DNA of 64,000 bases, taken from the NCBI RefSeq assembly GCF_023055435.1, contig NW_025963835.1:29264001-29328000 (forward strand), written 5' to 3'. The translations under genes and the position numbers were made by a program. Shown in pieces: positions 42,506-54,474 of the stretch. Source of the DNA: Haliotis rufescens. Its lineage: Eukaryota. Every line of letters starts with the position of its first letter. Within the stretch, counting starts at the first letter, position 1. Under the pieces are notes generated by a model, which had not been told where the DNA came from, ran no database searches, and was given only the letters and a program-made list of their open reading frames with translations.

Positions 42506-43449
42506 GTAAATATATAATCGTAATGTATAAGCTACCTTCCACTGAAACAGATTCCAAATTTATATTTTTTCCAACAGCCTGAACCATAACTATTTATTTG
42601 AAGAAATTTGGGGGACAATTATTTATTTTGGACAGAAACGCATCCCCCGAACCACCCCCCACCCCTCCCTTCTCAAAATATAGGTGTAAAATATGTGAAT
42701 GGTTCACTGAAGCACCTACAACTCAAGAAAGCAATGATGTAAAATTACAAAGTATAGAAGATATAGTGAACACTTTGTCAACCTTTGCATACCAGACCAA
42801 TGGACATTCACAGTTTTAATCAACAAACCATTATCTCGTGTAGTTACATTCTGAATACCTATCAGTCATGTTTTGAATATCTGAACGATTATACATTCCA
42901 ATATTTATTGCAGATCAGTTAATAGTATTTTTACTCACTTTCAAGAACATGTATTGAAAACCTTTATGATTAGATTATTACATTGGATTGATCTATGAGA
43001 CCTCCCCTGCGGCCGGCTTTGTTCGGTGACTTGGTTTCTTCAATCAGGAGAACTTTAGTGGAATTCTCATGAATTGAATGTCTCGTAAATTGACACAATT
43101 TAACCCGCGGGGCCAGCGTGCTATTACAAGTCACCATAGAAGTCAGCGTTTCATGAGTGTAGGAATCCAAAGAAATGAAGTCAAGCATTGCTTGCGAATG
43201 CACAACAGCTATAAAAACATGAGAAACACACATTATCGTTTTTTTCAACGATGAAAAGGAATTACATCATTTTATGTTTGTGAAACAACTTAAAGGACTT
43301 GTCTAAAACATAAAAAATGCAAATCTCCTTATACGGACATCTGATAGTTCTTGACCGTGACTGGAATAAATGTATGTTATGAAAACAAAACCAAAGCAAG
43401 TCTCGCCTATCAGATAGGAAAGTAAAAATTTATAAAATAATTTAGATGA

Positions 43450-43790
43450 GAAAAATGTTTTGTATTTATGCAAGAAGTAGGCATTTCAATGGGTCCCTCT
43501 TGTTGCTGATCTGTTTCTTCATGCATATGAATATGAATTTCTGCACGGATTGGCAAAGTCAACTTTCTCTTTGTGTCGAGCAATTATTCTGCACCTCCAG
43601 CCCTTGAGGTCTACGTTTCACAACTTTTTAGGTTCAATCGAGCACGATCTTTCTTCCAAGATTTCAAAGAGCGCAATGCAACTCTTGCTGAAAAGTTGTG
43701 TGCTGAAGGTTGTAACATTCAATGCCTCGGCAAAGCTTTAAAACAGTTTTATGGTTGACATGTGGAGGACATTCCAAATTTGACGCATTA
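43450..43790 (+). pseudogene. Penelope-like element reverse transcriptase relic
   Basis: Frameshifted FMQEVGISMG...LVADLFLHAYEYEF and SNYSAPPALEVYVSQLFRFNRARSFFQDF...LKQFYG match PLE motifs QxxGIPMG..PLLADLFLYSYE and SNIP..PAYGVYISQLIRYARAC. Confidence 0.75.
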
Positions 43791-44146
43791 TTGACCAAAA
43801 TCATGTCTTATGCAATTCCCTATTTTGACTTGTAACATAATATGTTCCCGTGTATTTTCAGGTGAACAATTGACATGCCTTTCCATGTGTTTATGACATC
43901 TGGCGTCATCACTATTTGATAGTGATTCATAAACGCATGTCCATGATATAGTCGGAATCGTACAATAGACTCTGCTTTGGGCGCAGATTTCGTCTGAATA
44001 TATTGGTCATATCTCCCAATCACGTACATCCATTTCACCACGCTTTTCCTATCAAGTTTCATAATCACTATTGAATAAAACCCTCGCCTGACAATCATAT
44101 GGGTAAATGAGACTAGCACTGGACCTTTCACTGCTATTCGTCCCTG

Positions 44147-44710
44147 TAGTACGGTGGCCCATAAGGGACATGGAGTCGGTTTTTGAATATATTTCATCAT
44201 ATTTCCTATTTTTATCCATGTTTTCGTTTGTTTTTATACATGATTTATCACATATTTGTATGACAAATTGTGTTAATTTGCAAAAGGTTACGATAAAAGT
44301 AAGTGAAATATCAAAATATTGAAAAACAGACTCCATGTCCCTTATGGGCCACCGTACGAAAATGTCAAAAAATAAAATGAAAATACAGAAAACTATTTCC
44401 ACCGCGATGATAATATTTCCACCGCGGTGTAAATAGTTTTCACCGCAGTAGAAATATTATCACCGCGGTGGAAATATTTTTCTGCATTTTCATTTTAGTT
44501 TTTGACCTTTTCGTTTTTGTTTTTGACATTTTAATTTTAGTTTTTGACATTTTCGTTGCACTTTTCAGCGATTCAATATATACTTTATACATGATTTATC
44601 GCATATTTGTACGACAAATCGTGTTAATTTGCAAAAGGTTACGATAACAGTGAGTGAAATATCAAAATATTGAAAAACAGACTCCATGTCCCTTGTGGGC
44701 CACCGTACTG
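44147..44710. mobile_element. MITE/foldback element (Tc1/mariner-like AGTACGGTGGCCC termini) with a duplicated right arm and an internal palindrome
   Basis: AGTACGGTGGCCCATAAGGGACATGGAGTC (from 44148) is inverted at about 44329-44357 and again at 44680-44710 (followed by TA). 44230-44357 is repeated at about 44585-44708. Palindrome 44357-44512. Confidence 0.75.
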
Positions 44711-45137
44711 TAGAGATGAGTGTCACGTGATCAGTGCTGCCTCGTCATTAGGCGATTACACGGCAAGTGGATATTGTCATCAAATAATATTCAACTCATT
44801 CATCTTCCAGCTGTCAGCTTTAATCCTCACATGCACCTTATGTAAACGGCCGATTGAAACTAATGGTGGACACTAATTACGAATTATGTATTTTGACAGA
44901 GATCGTTAAGGATCTGATGAATACGCGCAAAATGTTCAAATGTTTGTTCGTTTCCAATTTGTATAGTGTTGCAATCAACAGTTTATTGACATGCGATTTA
45001 TCCTTGTTATAGTTTTAATTTTAGTCTGTGCCTTGAATATTGAGTACGGCATTAAACACCAAATTAGCAAAAAGATTCCATTTGTTTCTACATGCATGAT
45101 TCACAATATGACTGAAATACTGCCCACAAGACAAGAG

Positions 45138-45189
45138 TGAGTGAGTTAAGATTTTAAGTCACATCGGCAGTATTTCAGCAATATCGTGA
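45138..45189 (-). mobile_element. 52-bp LINE 3' terminus inserted into the TSD of a SINE
   Basis: Same stem-loop terminus as 56505-56560. CCCACAAGACAAGAG flanks both sides (45123-45137 and 45190-45204). Confidence 0.8.
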
Positions 45190-45204
45190 CCCACAAGACA
45201 AGAG

Positions 45205-45502
45205 TGAGTGAGTTGGGTTTAACGCCGCTTTTAACATTATTCCAGTTATATCACGGCGTGTCAGCTTAATGTGGTAGGAAAGCCCGAAGTGATGCAGGTC
45301 TAAGACGTTTACCACTTCGGTGAAACCCACGAGCACGAGTATGGTGCTGACAAACCTAGAAACATAATTGGGGCGAACCGGGATTCGAACCCACAAGCAT
45401 AGGTTTCTGGCGTGCCCAAGGGACGTAACTCTGCACAGCGAATCGCGGCGGCTTAGACGACTGGGCCACCCGTGCCCCACCCCACCCCCCACCCCCCACC
45501 CC
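45205..45502 (-). mobile_element. tRNA(Leu-like)-derived SINE (family 3)
   Basis: Head GTGGCCCAGTCGTCTAAG (A box), GGTTCGAATCCC (B box), (CTCA)n tail. TSD CCCACAAGACAAGA at 45190-45203 and 45503-45516. Confidence 0.88.
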
Positions 45503-46574
45503 CCCACAAGACAAGAACAGCGACACAACACCTTTTACATATTCATAAAAAAAAATCTGTGTCGATTGGACGATTCCGACTGTATCATGAGCATGTGTTT
45601 ATGAAACACTAGTGATGATACTTGGTGTTCGCGAAAAGGAGAGCATATCCTGCCCCACCAGTGACACCATCACAAACACATGCAAAGGCAAGTCAATTGT
45701 TCACCTAAAAAAAATACGAGAACATAGTGTTCAAGTCTAAATAGAGAACTGCCTCAGGTATGATTTAGGTAAAATTTGGAAATGTCCTCCACATGTCTGC
45801 CATAAAACTTGCGAAAGTTTTACTGAGGTCTTGAACGTTGTAACCTTGATCAAACAACTTTTGAGCAAGAGTGGTATGGCGCTCTTTGAAATCCAGCTTC
45901 TCTCTATATATTTATACCCGATTCATAAAATTTAGTGTTTATTCGCCAATCAATTGTTCTTTATGTTTTAGCGATATTGATTCAAACTATAATACAAGTA
46001 ATTATTAATACTGCCGTGGATATATAAACACGAGTGTGTATTGAAACCAAACAGGTAAAGGTTTTTTGGGCAAATATGTTACCTCTTTGATCATACAAAC
46101 ACATTGAAATACAGCCAAAGTCAACATGGAAAGTTTCACATATATGTGTATAATACTGTTTACATGTAGTTGCCATGACCGTGTTTCTATTGACAGCAAA
46201 TATACACATCAGCCGATTGCTCTCGGTAAACACTGCGAAGCTATGATAGTAAGTACTAGAACTAAAACAACAGCTTAAAATGTTGTTTGTGTCACGCCTT
46301 GTAAATAGAAAACGTCAACGCTAGAGATTAATCAGTCTCGATTATCCACCGAAACAGATTACCTCAGGTGTAAAGGGGAAACGCAGTGCAAATTAAATGA
46401 ATGGATCAAGGAGAATCAGTGATGACACCAGGTGGTTGCGAAAAAGGTTAGCATGTCAGACTAAACCTGAAGCACTGATGCAACCCCAAGAAAGGCAACC
46501 TGGGGTTCCTGAGTGAGTCGATTCGTGAGGATGGGTTCGGGTCGCTTATAAGAATGTTCGGGGGCACGGTGGCT

Positions 46575-47050
46575 CTTCTTTTCACGAACTCCAAGTATCA
46601 TCACTAGTGTTTCATAAACACATGCTCATGATACAGTCGGAATCGTCCAATCGACACAGATTTTTTTTATGAATATGTAAAAGGTTGTGTCGCTTTTCTT
46701 GTCTTGTGTGTGTGTGTGCGCGGGGTGGGGTGGGGTGGGGTGGGGTGGGGTGGGGTGGGGTGGGGGGGTGGGAGGGGGGGGGGGGTGGGGGTGGGGGGGG
46801 GGGGGGGGGCAGTCGTCTAATTAAGGCGCTGCGATTCGCTGTGCAGAGTTGCGTCCCTTGGGCACACCAGAAACCTATGATTGTGGGTTCGAATCCCGGT
46901 TCGCACCGATTATGTTTCTAGGTTTGTCAGCACCATACCCGTGCTCGTGGGTTTCACCGAAATGGTAAACATCTGAGACCTGCATCACTTCGGGCTTTCC
47001 TCCCACATTAAGCTGACATGCCGTGATATAACTGGAATACTGTTAAATAT
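46575..47050 (+). repeat. Inverted duplicate of about 45235-45640 (family-3 SINE plus flank), with an expanded G-tract at 46721-46809
   Basis: 46578-46710 is the reverse complement of about 45505-45640. The SINE body follows in + orientation. Confidence 0.88.
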
Positions 47051-48166
47051 TCCAGTGGGGGACACCATGCCTTTGATTCACACATTGGTCTCATGCGGGG
47101 AATCGAACCTGGAGTATTCGGCGTGACGAGCGAACACTTTTAACCACTGACCATTCCGACTTACCGTATATTGTGATTGTTATGGTACTTATGTTGTCCT
47201 TTACGTACTCTCTGTGATAAATATACCAGTTTGATTCACACTAATTAAAATGGTAAAATGTGAAACGATTAGGGTACTTTATTCACATGTTCACGTAGTT
47301 TAATCCTGTAAATGTACAACATAAATAGTAACGACCAAAGCTGTCGTTCCATATCTTAGATCTGAATAGTTTCTGTCGATCAACATTATTAATACGACAA
47401 GCTACTCTTTTGTTTCTTTATCATGCTAAATCGCAATGACACTAATTTGATAAAATCTGTAATAAATATTTTCCCATTTGTCTGCCTGATAAAAAACTAT
47501 GGATGTGACATAGGTGCCTCGCGTTCGGTTTCAAATCCAATTTAGCTCGATTAAATCTACAGATAACCTGGCTCTTGCATTGAAAACATTGTGTCTTTAT
47601 CTCCTAAGTATAGGTTCATGGTTATGTTTGTTGCGTAGCGGCTCCTTTCAACATGGAGTTATATTATCATTGCTAACAGTTAAAGATGACGTCATCCATT
47701 GTCCATGACGTCATAAGCAGTATTCAGATGCAAGGTTATCCTGACCCTCAGTCCGATTCTCTTCAATGCTAAAAATTTGATAGATGCGGATTTTAAATGC
47801 GAAGTAACGACGATAGGTATTGATTTTACATAATCGTTCATCCAAACTTTATACATATTGATTTGGTGAGAATTCAGCAGATTACCAACATTGTTTTGTT
47901 AATCAATGTTTTTAGTGATCACATTTGAACGTTATCTTCTTTTCAAAGGCAATCATTTAATTAAACAGACATCAAGCTGTTTCCGTACAGGTAACGCATT
48001 AACTTCTGACATTTGAGGGTTGTTCTCTGGCTTTGAAATCCGCCAGTTATAGGGTATCTGCTTTATGATTTGTTTATTTCCAATATTTCCTCTTGAAATG
48101 ACATTAGCGTCTGTAAATATTACTTTAAATAATTGAACTAGGGCTGGTGCGGCAATCCAGCAATGA

Positions 48167-48430
48167 TTTGGTTGGTTTGTTGTTTAACGCCGCACTCAAC
48201 AATATTCCAGCTATATGACGGCGGTCTGTAAATAATCGAGTCTGGACCAGACAATCCAGTGATTAATATCATGATCATCGATCCAGGCAATTGGGATCGA
48301 TGACATGCATCAACCAAGTCAGCGAGCCTGACCACCCGATCCCGTTAGTCGCCTTACGACAAGCATAGTCGCCTTTTACGGCAAGCATGGGTTGCTGAAG
48401 ACCTATTCTACCCCGGATCTTCACGGGTCT
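48167..48430 (-). mobile_element. Bipartite non-autonomous retroelement (family 2), full length; other copies about 34886-35150, 40150-40490, 54697-54928 (+), 63315-63542
   Basis: Sense start GACCCGTGAAGATCCGGGGTAGAATAGG...GGCGACTAA, end GCTGGAATATTGTTGAGTGCGGCGTTAAAC(AAAC/CAAC)n. TSD AATCCAGC(A/G)ATGA at 48154-48166 and 48431-48443. No tRNA A/B boxes. Confidence 0.85.
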
Positions 48431-49860
48431 AATCCAGCGATGAAAGCGATCTTCTTGTCATCGGTGTACTCTCAGTCAAAGAGGAAGAGTGGTAACTTAG
48501 TGGTTAAAGTGTTGGCTCGTCATATCGAAGGATAGGGTTCGATTTCCCACAAGGATAGAATGTGTGATGCGTCCCCCTTCGTGACAGAATATTGCTAAAA
48601 CCAAAGTGTAACAGGGTTGCACAGGTGAAAAGCATAAATGAGTGTGTGAGTGAGTGAGTTGAGTTTGACGCCGCTCTGATAGTATTTGAGTTACATACTG
48701 ATGCGGGGGAAGAACCTGAAGTGATGCAAATCTTTCACGTTTACCACTTTGGTGAAACAGCACCCACGGCATCGTTCCACAGCATCATTACTCCCCGGTA
48801 CGGCCTTCATGAGAATAGATTAAGTTCCATCAACGGGTCAGATTTTCGTATTCACTATCTTTGGATCATCGATTTACTGGACCACAAATCTGGGACGAGG
48901 AAGGAATATTAATGATTCTTACATAACAGGAGAAAGCGTGCAGTAATGTCACGATGGCTGAATTAGTGCTGATGGATAAAAGAAGGATATATGGATGTGA
49001 GCTGCTAAAAGGTAGGGTACTTTGATATTTCTGCCAGATCCATCACTGACAAGCACTGTGATTATATACTATGAGGTGATCACAACCTGCAACTGGGTGT
49101 CGTTAATGACGTGCATGCTCATCTATACCACTTCCAGTTTCGATTGCATTACGTCCCTTGATCTTGCCAGGATCGTGGGTTCGAATCCCACACTATGTGT
49201 GTGTGTGTGCGTGTGCGCGTGCGTGCGTGCGTATGTGTGTGTGTGAGCACTGGCGTTTCCCTAGTAGTAAAAGTCCACGACCTGCATCCCGAGATGCGAG
49301 GTGACGAGTATTGTGTATATGTCTCTGTCGTGCTTCGTCTTCACATTATCACTGAAACAAGCGTTCCTACCTAGAATGCAAATGCCAAAAAAGTGTCCTA
49401 TTCTATTTAACAACGATGATGAATACCACACTCAGAGAGTACGAGTGAACGCCAGGCCGGGCAACAACAAGTACCATCTTTTAACGTCTGTTGGTATGAC
49501 GCGGCCATTCAAACCATGGACCTTCCGCTTTAGGGGTGGACGCTCCACCACTAGACCACGGAGGCGGAGCCAAAATGACATGACTGATTGTCAGTCGGGG
49601 TCCCTCGCCTACACTGAACCGGGTTTGATATCCTTGAGCAAGCCTTTCTCTTTGAATGCAGATATTTCTAACTTGGTGACGTTTGTTTATTGTTTATAAA
49701 TGCAATAATAAACATCTGCATCTTATCTTTTCTTATGGTTTCTTATCATCGATCTCGGAGAAAGCTTTGTACTTTATTGTCGGTTTGCACTTTGAGAGAC
49801 CAGGCCATGATCGAACCATCATCTACCAATGTTGTATTCATAAGCCTTCCTGACACCACG

Positions 49861-50025
49861 GGGGCGGTCGGGTAGCCTAATGGTTAAAGCGTTAGCTCGT
49901 CACGCCAAAGACCCGGGTTCGATTCCCGACATGGGTACAATGTGTGAAGCCCATTTCTGGTGTCCCCCGCCGTGATATTGCTGGAATATTGCTAAAAGCG
50001 GCGTAAAACTGAACTCACCCACCCA
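49861..50025 (+). mobile_element. tRNA-derived SINE (family 1), full length, 12-bp TSD; fragments about 8533-8637, 26987-27099, 47048-47152, 48497-48600
   Basis: A box TAGCCTAATGG, B box GGTTCGATTCC. TSD CCTGACACCACG at 49849-49860 and 50026-50037. Confidence 0.92.
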
Positions 50026-50667
50026 CCTGACACCACGTTGAATTAAGATAATGTGAAGTTGAAGGGGGTAATAAATGGATCACTATAAAAATAACAAGTC
50101 CTCGCCATTTGAAAAAGAATCACGAAATATCGAGATGATTAATCAACGAAGATAGCTGCAAGTGTGATAAAACTTATAAAGTGTAAACAAGCCAATCTGC
50201 TAATAAGGAACAACACTTACAGTAATGGCAAATATTGCAAAGTGCGCTTTTCAAGAAATATCCATTTTGCTAGCAATAAACCTCATCATTGAGTTTTGAT
50301 CACGTGGTTACAATCCTGGTAAGAATCGGGAGTCAGGGAATAAGTTTATTCGGGAGAAATTACTTCGAATGCTTTCAATAAAATATCTATCATTACCCAT
50401 GAAAGCAATCTTCGGAAGTGAAGAGTTAAGAAAAACCACAAGTTTTGTTCGTTTTAAATGAGATTTCATCATGTCACGCCTCAGTGAAAAGGACTCACGA
50501 CGAGACACAGGAATGCTTGAATCAGGTAGCTCGCAGGTGACGTCGCACGTCAATTCAACGCCCACATAATCACCATATTGCACTTATGGCGTCCATCAAG
50601 AGGTCAGCCACATAAAGGACCGTCCCCTTAGTGGCCATCACCATGACAAACATTCTCCAAGACATAT

Positions 50668-51012
50668 AGAACGCCTCCGTGGTCTAGTGGTAGAGCGTCC
50701 ACCCGGAGAGCAGAAGGTCCGGGGTTCGATCCACGGCCGCGTCATACCAAAAGACGTTAAAAGATGGTACTTGTTGTTACCCTGTCTGGTGCTCGGCATT
50801 AAGGGGCTTAAACAAGGACTGGTCAGCTCGAAGTCATTATACTGTGTCTAAGTGGGGTATTCATGTTAAACTGCGGCATGGTATCTCAGTGGGCTAGCAC
50901 TGTAAGTCCGGACTAGTACAAGCAGCCACACACACACACACACGTGCATGCACGTCGCTATATAAGTGCAAACATTTTGGACGCGACGTATAACCCAATT
51001 TCACCTCACCAC
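50668..51012 (+). mobile_element. tRNA-derived V-SINE-like element, 13-bp TSD; partial copy about 49445-49566 (-)
   Basis: tRNA head (TGGTCTAGTGG, GGTTCGATCC) followed by GTCATACCAAAAGACGTTAAAAGATGGTAC...CTCGGCATTAAGGG, which resembles the V domain. TSD CTCCAAGACATAT at 50655-50667 and 51013-51025. Confidence 0.8.
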
Positions 51013-51100
51013 CTCCAAGACATATGGGTTCGAACCACGCGTCTTCGACACAGGTTCCAGACAGCAACTCTTACAGCTCATGCCATTCCGGGCAACAGAG

Positions 51101-51380
51101 TGAGTGAGTGAGTTGGGTTTAACGCCGCTTTTTAACAGTATTCCAGTTATATCACGGCGTGTCAGCTTAATGTGGGAGGAAAGCCTGAAGTGATGCAGGT
51201 CCAAGACGTTTACCAGTTCGGTGAAACCCACGAGCACGGGTATGGTGCTGACAAACCTAGAAACATAATCGGTGCGAACCGGGATTCGAACCCACAATCA
51301 TAGGTTTCTGGCGTGCCCAAGGGACGCAACTCTGCACAGCGAATCGCGGCGCCTTAGACGACTGGGCCACCCGTGCCCAC
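51101..51380 (-). mobile_element. tRNA(Leu-like)-derived SINE (family 3), full length, 13-bp TSD
   Basis: TSD CCGGGCAACAGAG at 51088-51100 and 51381-51393. A/B boxes and (CTCA)n tail. Confidence 0.92.
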
Positions 51381-52158
51381 CCGGGCAACAGAGGCGAGGA
51401 TGTCTACGCATCTGCAGCATCCGTGCGAGACGCCTAGACAGACGCCAACAGAACATCAACGTCGATGTCAGATGAATCCTCCCAAAAGTCGTCACACCAC
51501 TCAGTGAAGTCAACCTGTTTAACTATGGTCATCGCCACACTGACAACTTGAGTGATGTTTTACACTTAATGCGGATCATGTATTCCACATCTAACTTTCC
51601 CCCAAACCTGTTTACCACGTCAGTGTGATGTAACCGGTTGTCATGGGAACACCACCTCCCATGTTCTGGTTCAGTACTGTAAACACAAGGCTTGGTACAC
51701 AAGTAATGGTATCTGGCATGAAGACGAATAACATTGGATTTGGGAAGCGAAAACAAGGTTATGTGATTACGACGAATGTGTTGGGTTTATGGAGCGCCAT
51801 TACTCCTTGTAGCAAGGTAACACGATTGTAGCTGAGACAAATCTCCTTACTTGTTACTCAAATTACTTTCACTCATGTTTATTGCCACGAAGTCGTAGAC
51901 CTCGAGTCTTGATGGTCAAAGTGTCCCGTGTGGTGTGTGGGTGGCCTTTGTCTGACACACTTGTCCAATAAATAAACCTCATGGCTTTATAGGTGTATTG
52001 ATGTATTTGTCCAAGTAATCCAAGTGATTGAGTGATTGATCGTTTGATGTTAATGCCGCGGTCATCACTAATTGACGGCGGTCTGTACATAATGGAGACT
52101 GGACCAGACAACCTCATTGTTAAGTAGAGGCTTTAGGCTTATGTACAGGTTCATTATA

Positions 52159-52283
52159 TACTTCTCAAAAGACGTTAAGGCCAAACCCATTCTTTAGAAA
52201 TACTATAGTTAATCTCATACCATGACAGATTAACTACAGTGATGTGAAAGAATCGGGTGGACCTTAACGTCTTTTGAGTAGTA
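52159..52283. mobile_element. Small Tc1/mariner-type MITE, TA TSD
   Basis: TA|TACTTCTCAAAAGACGTTAAGG ... CCTTAACGTCTTTTGAGTAGTA|TA inverted termini. Confidence 0.75.
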
Positions 52284-52540
52284 TATTACGACGTGTCAGC
52301 TCCAAACGGGAGGAAATTCCTGAAAAAATGATACAGGTCGTAGACCTTTACCATTTGGTAGAAACCACGAACACGGGTATGGTGCTGGTAAACCACGAAT
52401 AGGGCGTATACTGGATTCGAACCCGAGATCACCGGATTTGAGCATGTCTGAGGGAGCGTAAAACGTCAACGAGAATAACCAATCTCGATTACTTGCCGAA
52501 AACGATTCCATTTGACGTGAACAGCGAATGGCCGCATCTC

Positions 52541-52956
52541 GGCCCAAGGGCGATGATATGTCTCTAGCAGGCCCAAGGGTGATGACATGTCTAACAGGCC
52601 CAAGGGTGATGACATGTCTTACAGGCCCAAGGGTGATGACATGTCTCTAGCAGGCCCAAGGGTGATGACATGTCTCTAGCAGGCCCAAGGGTGATGACAT
52701 GTCTCTAGCAGGCCCAAGGGTGATGACATGTCTCTAGCAGGCCCAAGGGTGATGACATGTCTAACAGGCCCAAGGGTGATGACGTCTCTAGCAGGCCCAA
52801 GGGTGATGACATGTCTCTAGCAGGCCCAAGGGTGATGATATGTCTCTAGCAGGCCCAAGGGTGATGACATGTCTCTTGCAGGCCCAAGGGTGATGACATG
52901 TCTACAGGTCTCTTGCAGACCTAAGAGTGATGCTATGTCTCTAGCAGGCCCAAGGG
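52541..52956. repeat. 29-bp minisatellite, about 15 units (GCAGGCCCAAGGGTGATGACATGTCTCTA, with shorter variants)
   Basis: Direct tandem repeat. Confidence 0.95.
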
Positions 52957-54371
52957 ACGCAAAGGATGCACAGTGAAATACGGCGTCTCAGAGAGAGAAA
53001 GAGAGAGAGAGATTCTTTATTTCCTCCAGAAGTTAATCCGAAGATTATACATAATTAATCAAACGTATTCACACAAACTCATATTACCTGTACAAATATA
53101 CAATACAAGACAGTAGCACCAGTGTCATGCCATTCACACAGTACAAAAGGTTAGATCAGATGACATAGTCAAGGTGGACTTTAGTGTAAATACATAAGCA
53201 GAAAACAGCAGTATAACAGATTCCCATGTAACTATATCAATACATTGTGAGAAGTGAGTATCAGCATTCTTCATCTTGTATTTCCAACTGGACATATGTT
53301 TCAACATCAAGCAGATCAATAAAAGTTGAAAACAGTTCATTTCTTTCCTGCAGTAGAGCTTCGTAATGCAATATGATGTGATTATCATAATCAAAGGCAT
53401 GCTTGTTTACACAATACACAGTCCCTGGAAGTTTTGTTTCGTGATGAAACTCTAACACAAAATTTTAAACTTGACCTCTGTTCTGGGTACAGATATGCTA
53501 GTTGCCATAATATATGGTGAGTAAGCTTTGTGTGTATTAGCATGAAGCGTGAAAGACTTGTATTGACAGAAACTTTTCTGCGCCATATATTTTCTTCATA
53601 TTCATAAATGGTTTTATTAACCAGTTGCTTCCAGTTTCTCTTGGTAGTAAATACACCACAGCTTACATATGTACAAAGGTTGTTTCGTAGGTTGTACTTG
53701 TTAAGAACTGATAATAAATCTTCACATACATAACACTGTATGATTTGTGCATGTAGTAAGTATGGAAATGTAGCATCACGGTATATCAGGGTATGTAGCG
53801 AGTTCTGCCTTATAAAGAGTAAACAAGTCCTTCTGCAGTATTTTTTTCACGGGGCTGTGAGTGGAATGTAATTCCAGTTATCAAACAAACTGATGTTGTC
53901 CTTCACCTCATCCGTGTGATTCTCAAGTATGACAGCACGTGACGTGACCCCAATGGTTATCTGAACAAACATCACCATCTTCTGCACGTGGTGTCCGTGC
54001 CGGTTGCCGCGACAAGCACGTGCTGCACGCCGTGTTCAAACTTTGGCCCTGCCTCTGTACATCACTCTTGGCGTATATGCACTGAAGACAATCAATTCTT
54101 ACAACAATATGGCTGGGAGCGAGGCCACCATGTGGCGAGAAGGCTCCTATAGTGGGTTTTAAAACAGATTGATGGAAGGAAAACGTCTGACTCCTGACTT
54201 TATTGACTCCCCTCTGCTCACTGTGTATATACTCTGATCATTATGCTGGGTATAATAGAGTTATACAGCACATATGTGAAGTCGTGGTAATGTACATTGA
54301 CCCTAGTGTATATGGATGTCAGAACAGGATGTTTCGACGCTCATCACAAACACAGCCTCTTGAAAACCATT

Positions 54372-54474
54372 GGCCCGTTCCACAAAGCTGAGTGTTGAGG
54401 TGATCGTAACTCCTATGCTTAAACATTGACTAACGGCAACCGTAGCGCTACGATCGCTTTGTGGAGCGGATCCC
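54372..54474. mobile_element. Small degenerate MITE
   Basis: GGCCCGTTCCACAAAGC ... GCTTTGTGGAGCGGATCC imperfect inverted termini. Confidence 0.55.

Larger units (their letters stand above)
1..42900. repeat. Tandem segmental duplication array, about 3.5 diverged copies of an 11-13 kb unit
   Basis: Collinear near-identical blocks (approximate coordinates): 2500-3200 = 15915-16700 = 34280-34690; 4960-7500 = 16770-18960 = 36560-38390; 7500-8500 = 18940-19119 + 26133-26950 = 38390-39330; 8500-15900 = 26950-34300; 1-700 = 11610-12240; 1600-2230 = 15300-15860 = 33660-34230; 41150-42200 = 9000-10000. Confidence 0.9.

Noticed and set aside
49861-49935. Possible tRNA genes (also about 15090-15158, 50672-50740, 51290-51378)
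   Set aside because: A/B boxes are present, but each continues into a shared body, a LINE-type tail and a TSD, with no proper acceptor stem. These are SINE heads.
53134-54200. Protein-like fragments (e.g. CVNKHAFDYDNHIILHYEALLQERNELFSTFIDLL)
   Set aside because: Could be a decayed transposon or exon, but I recognise no motif, termini or splice structure to support a call.
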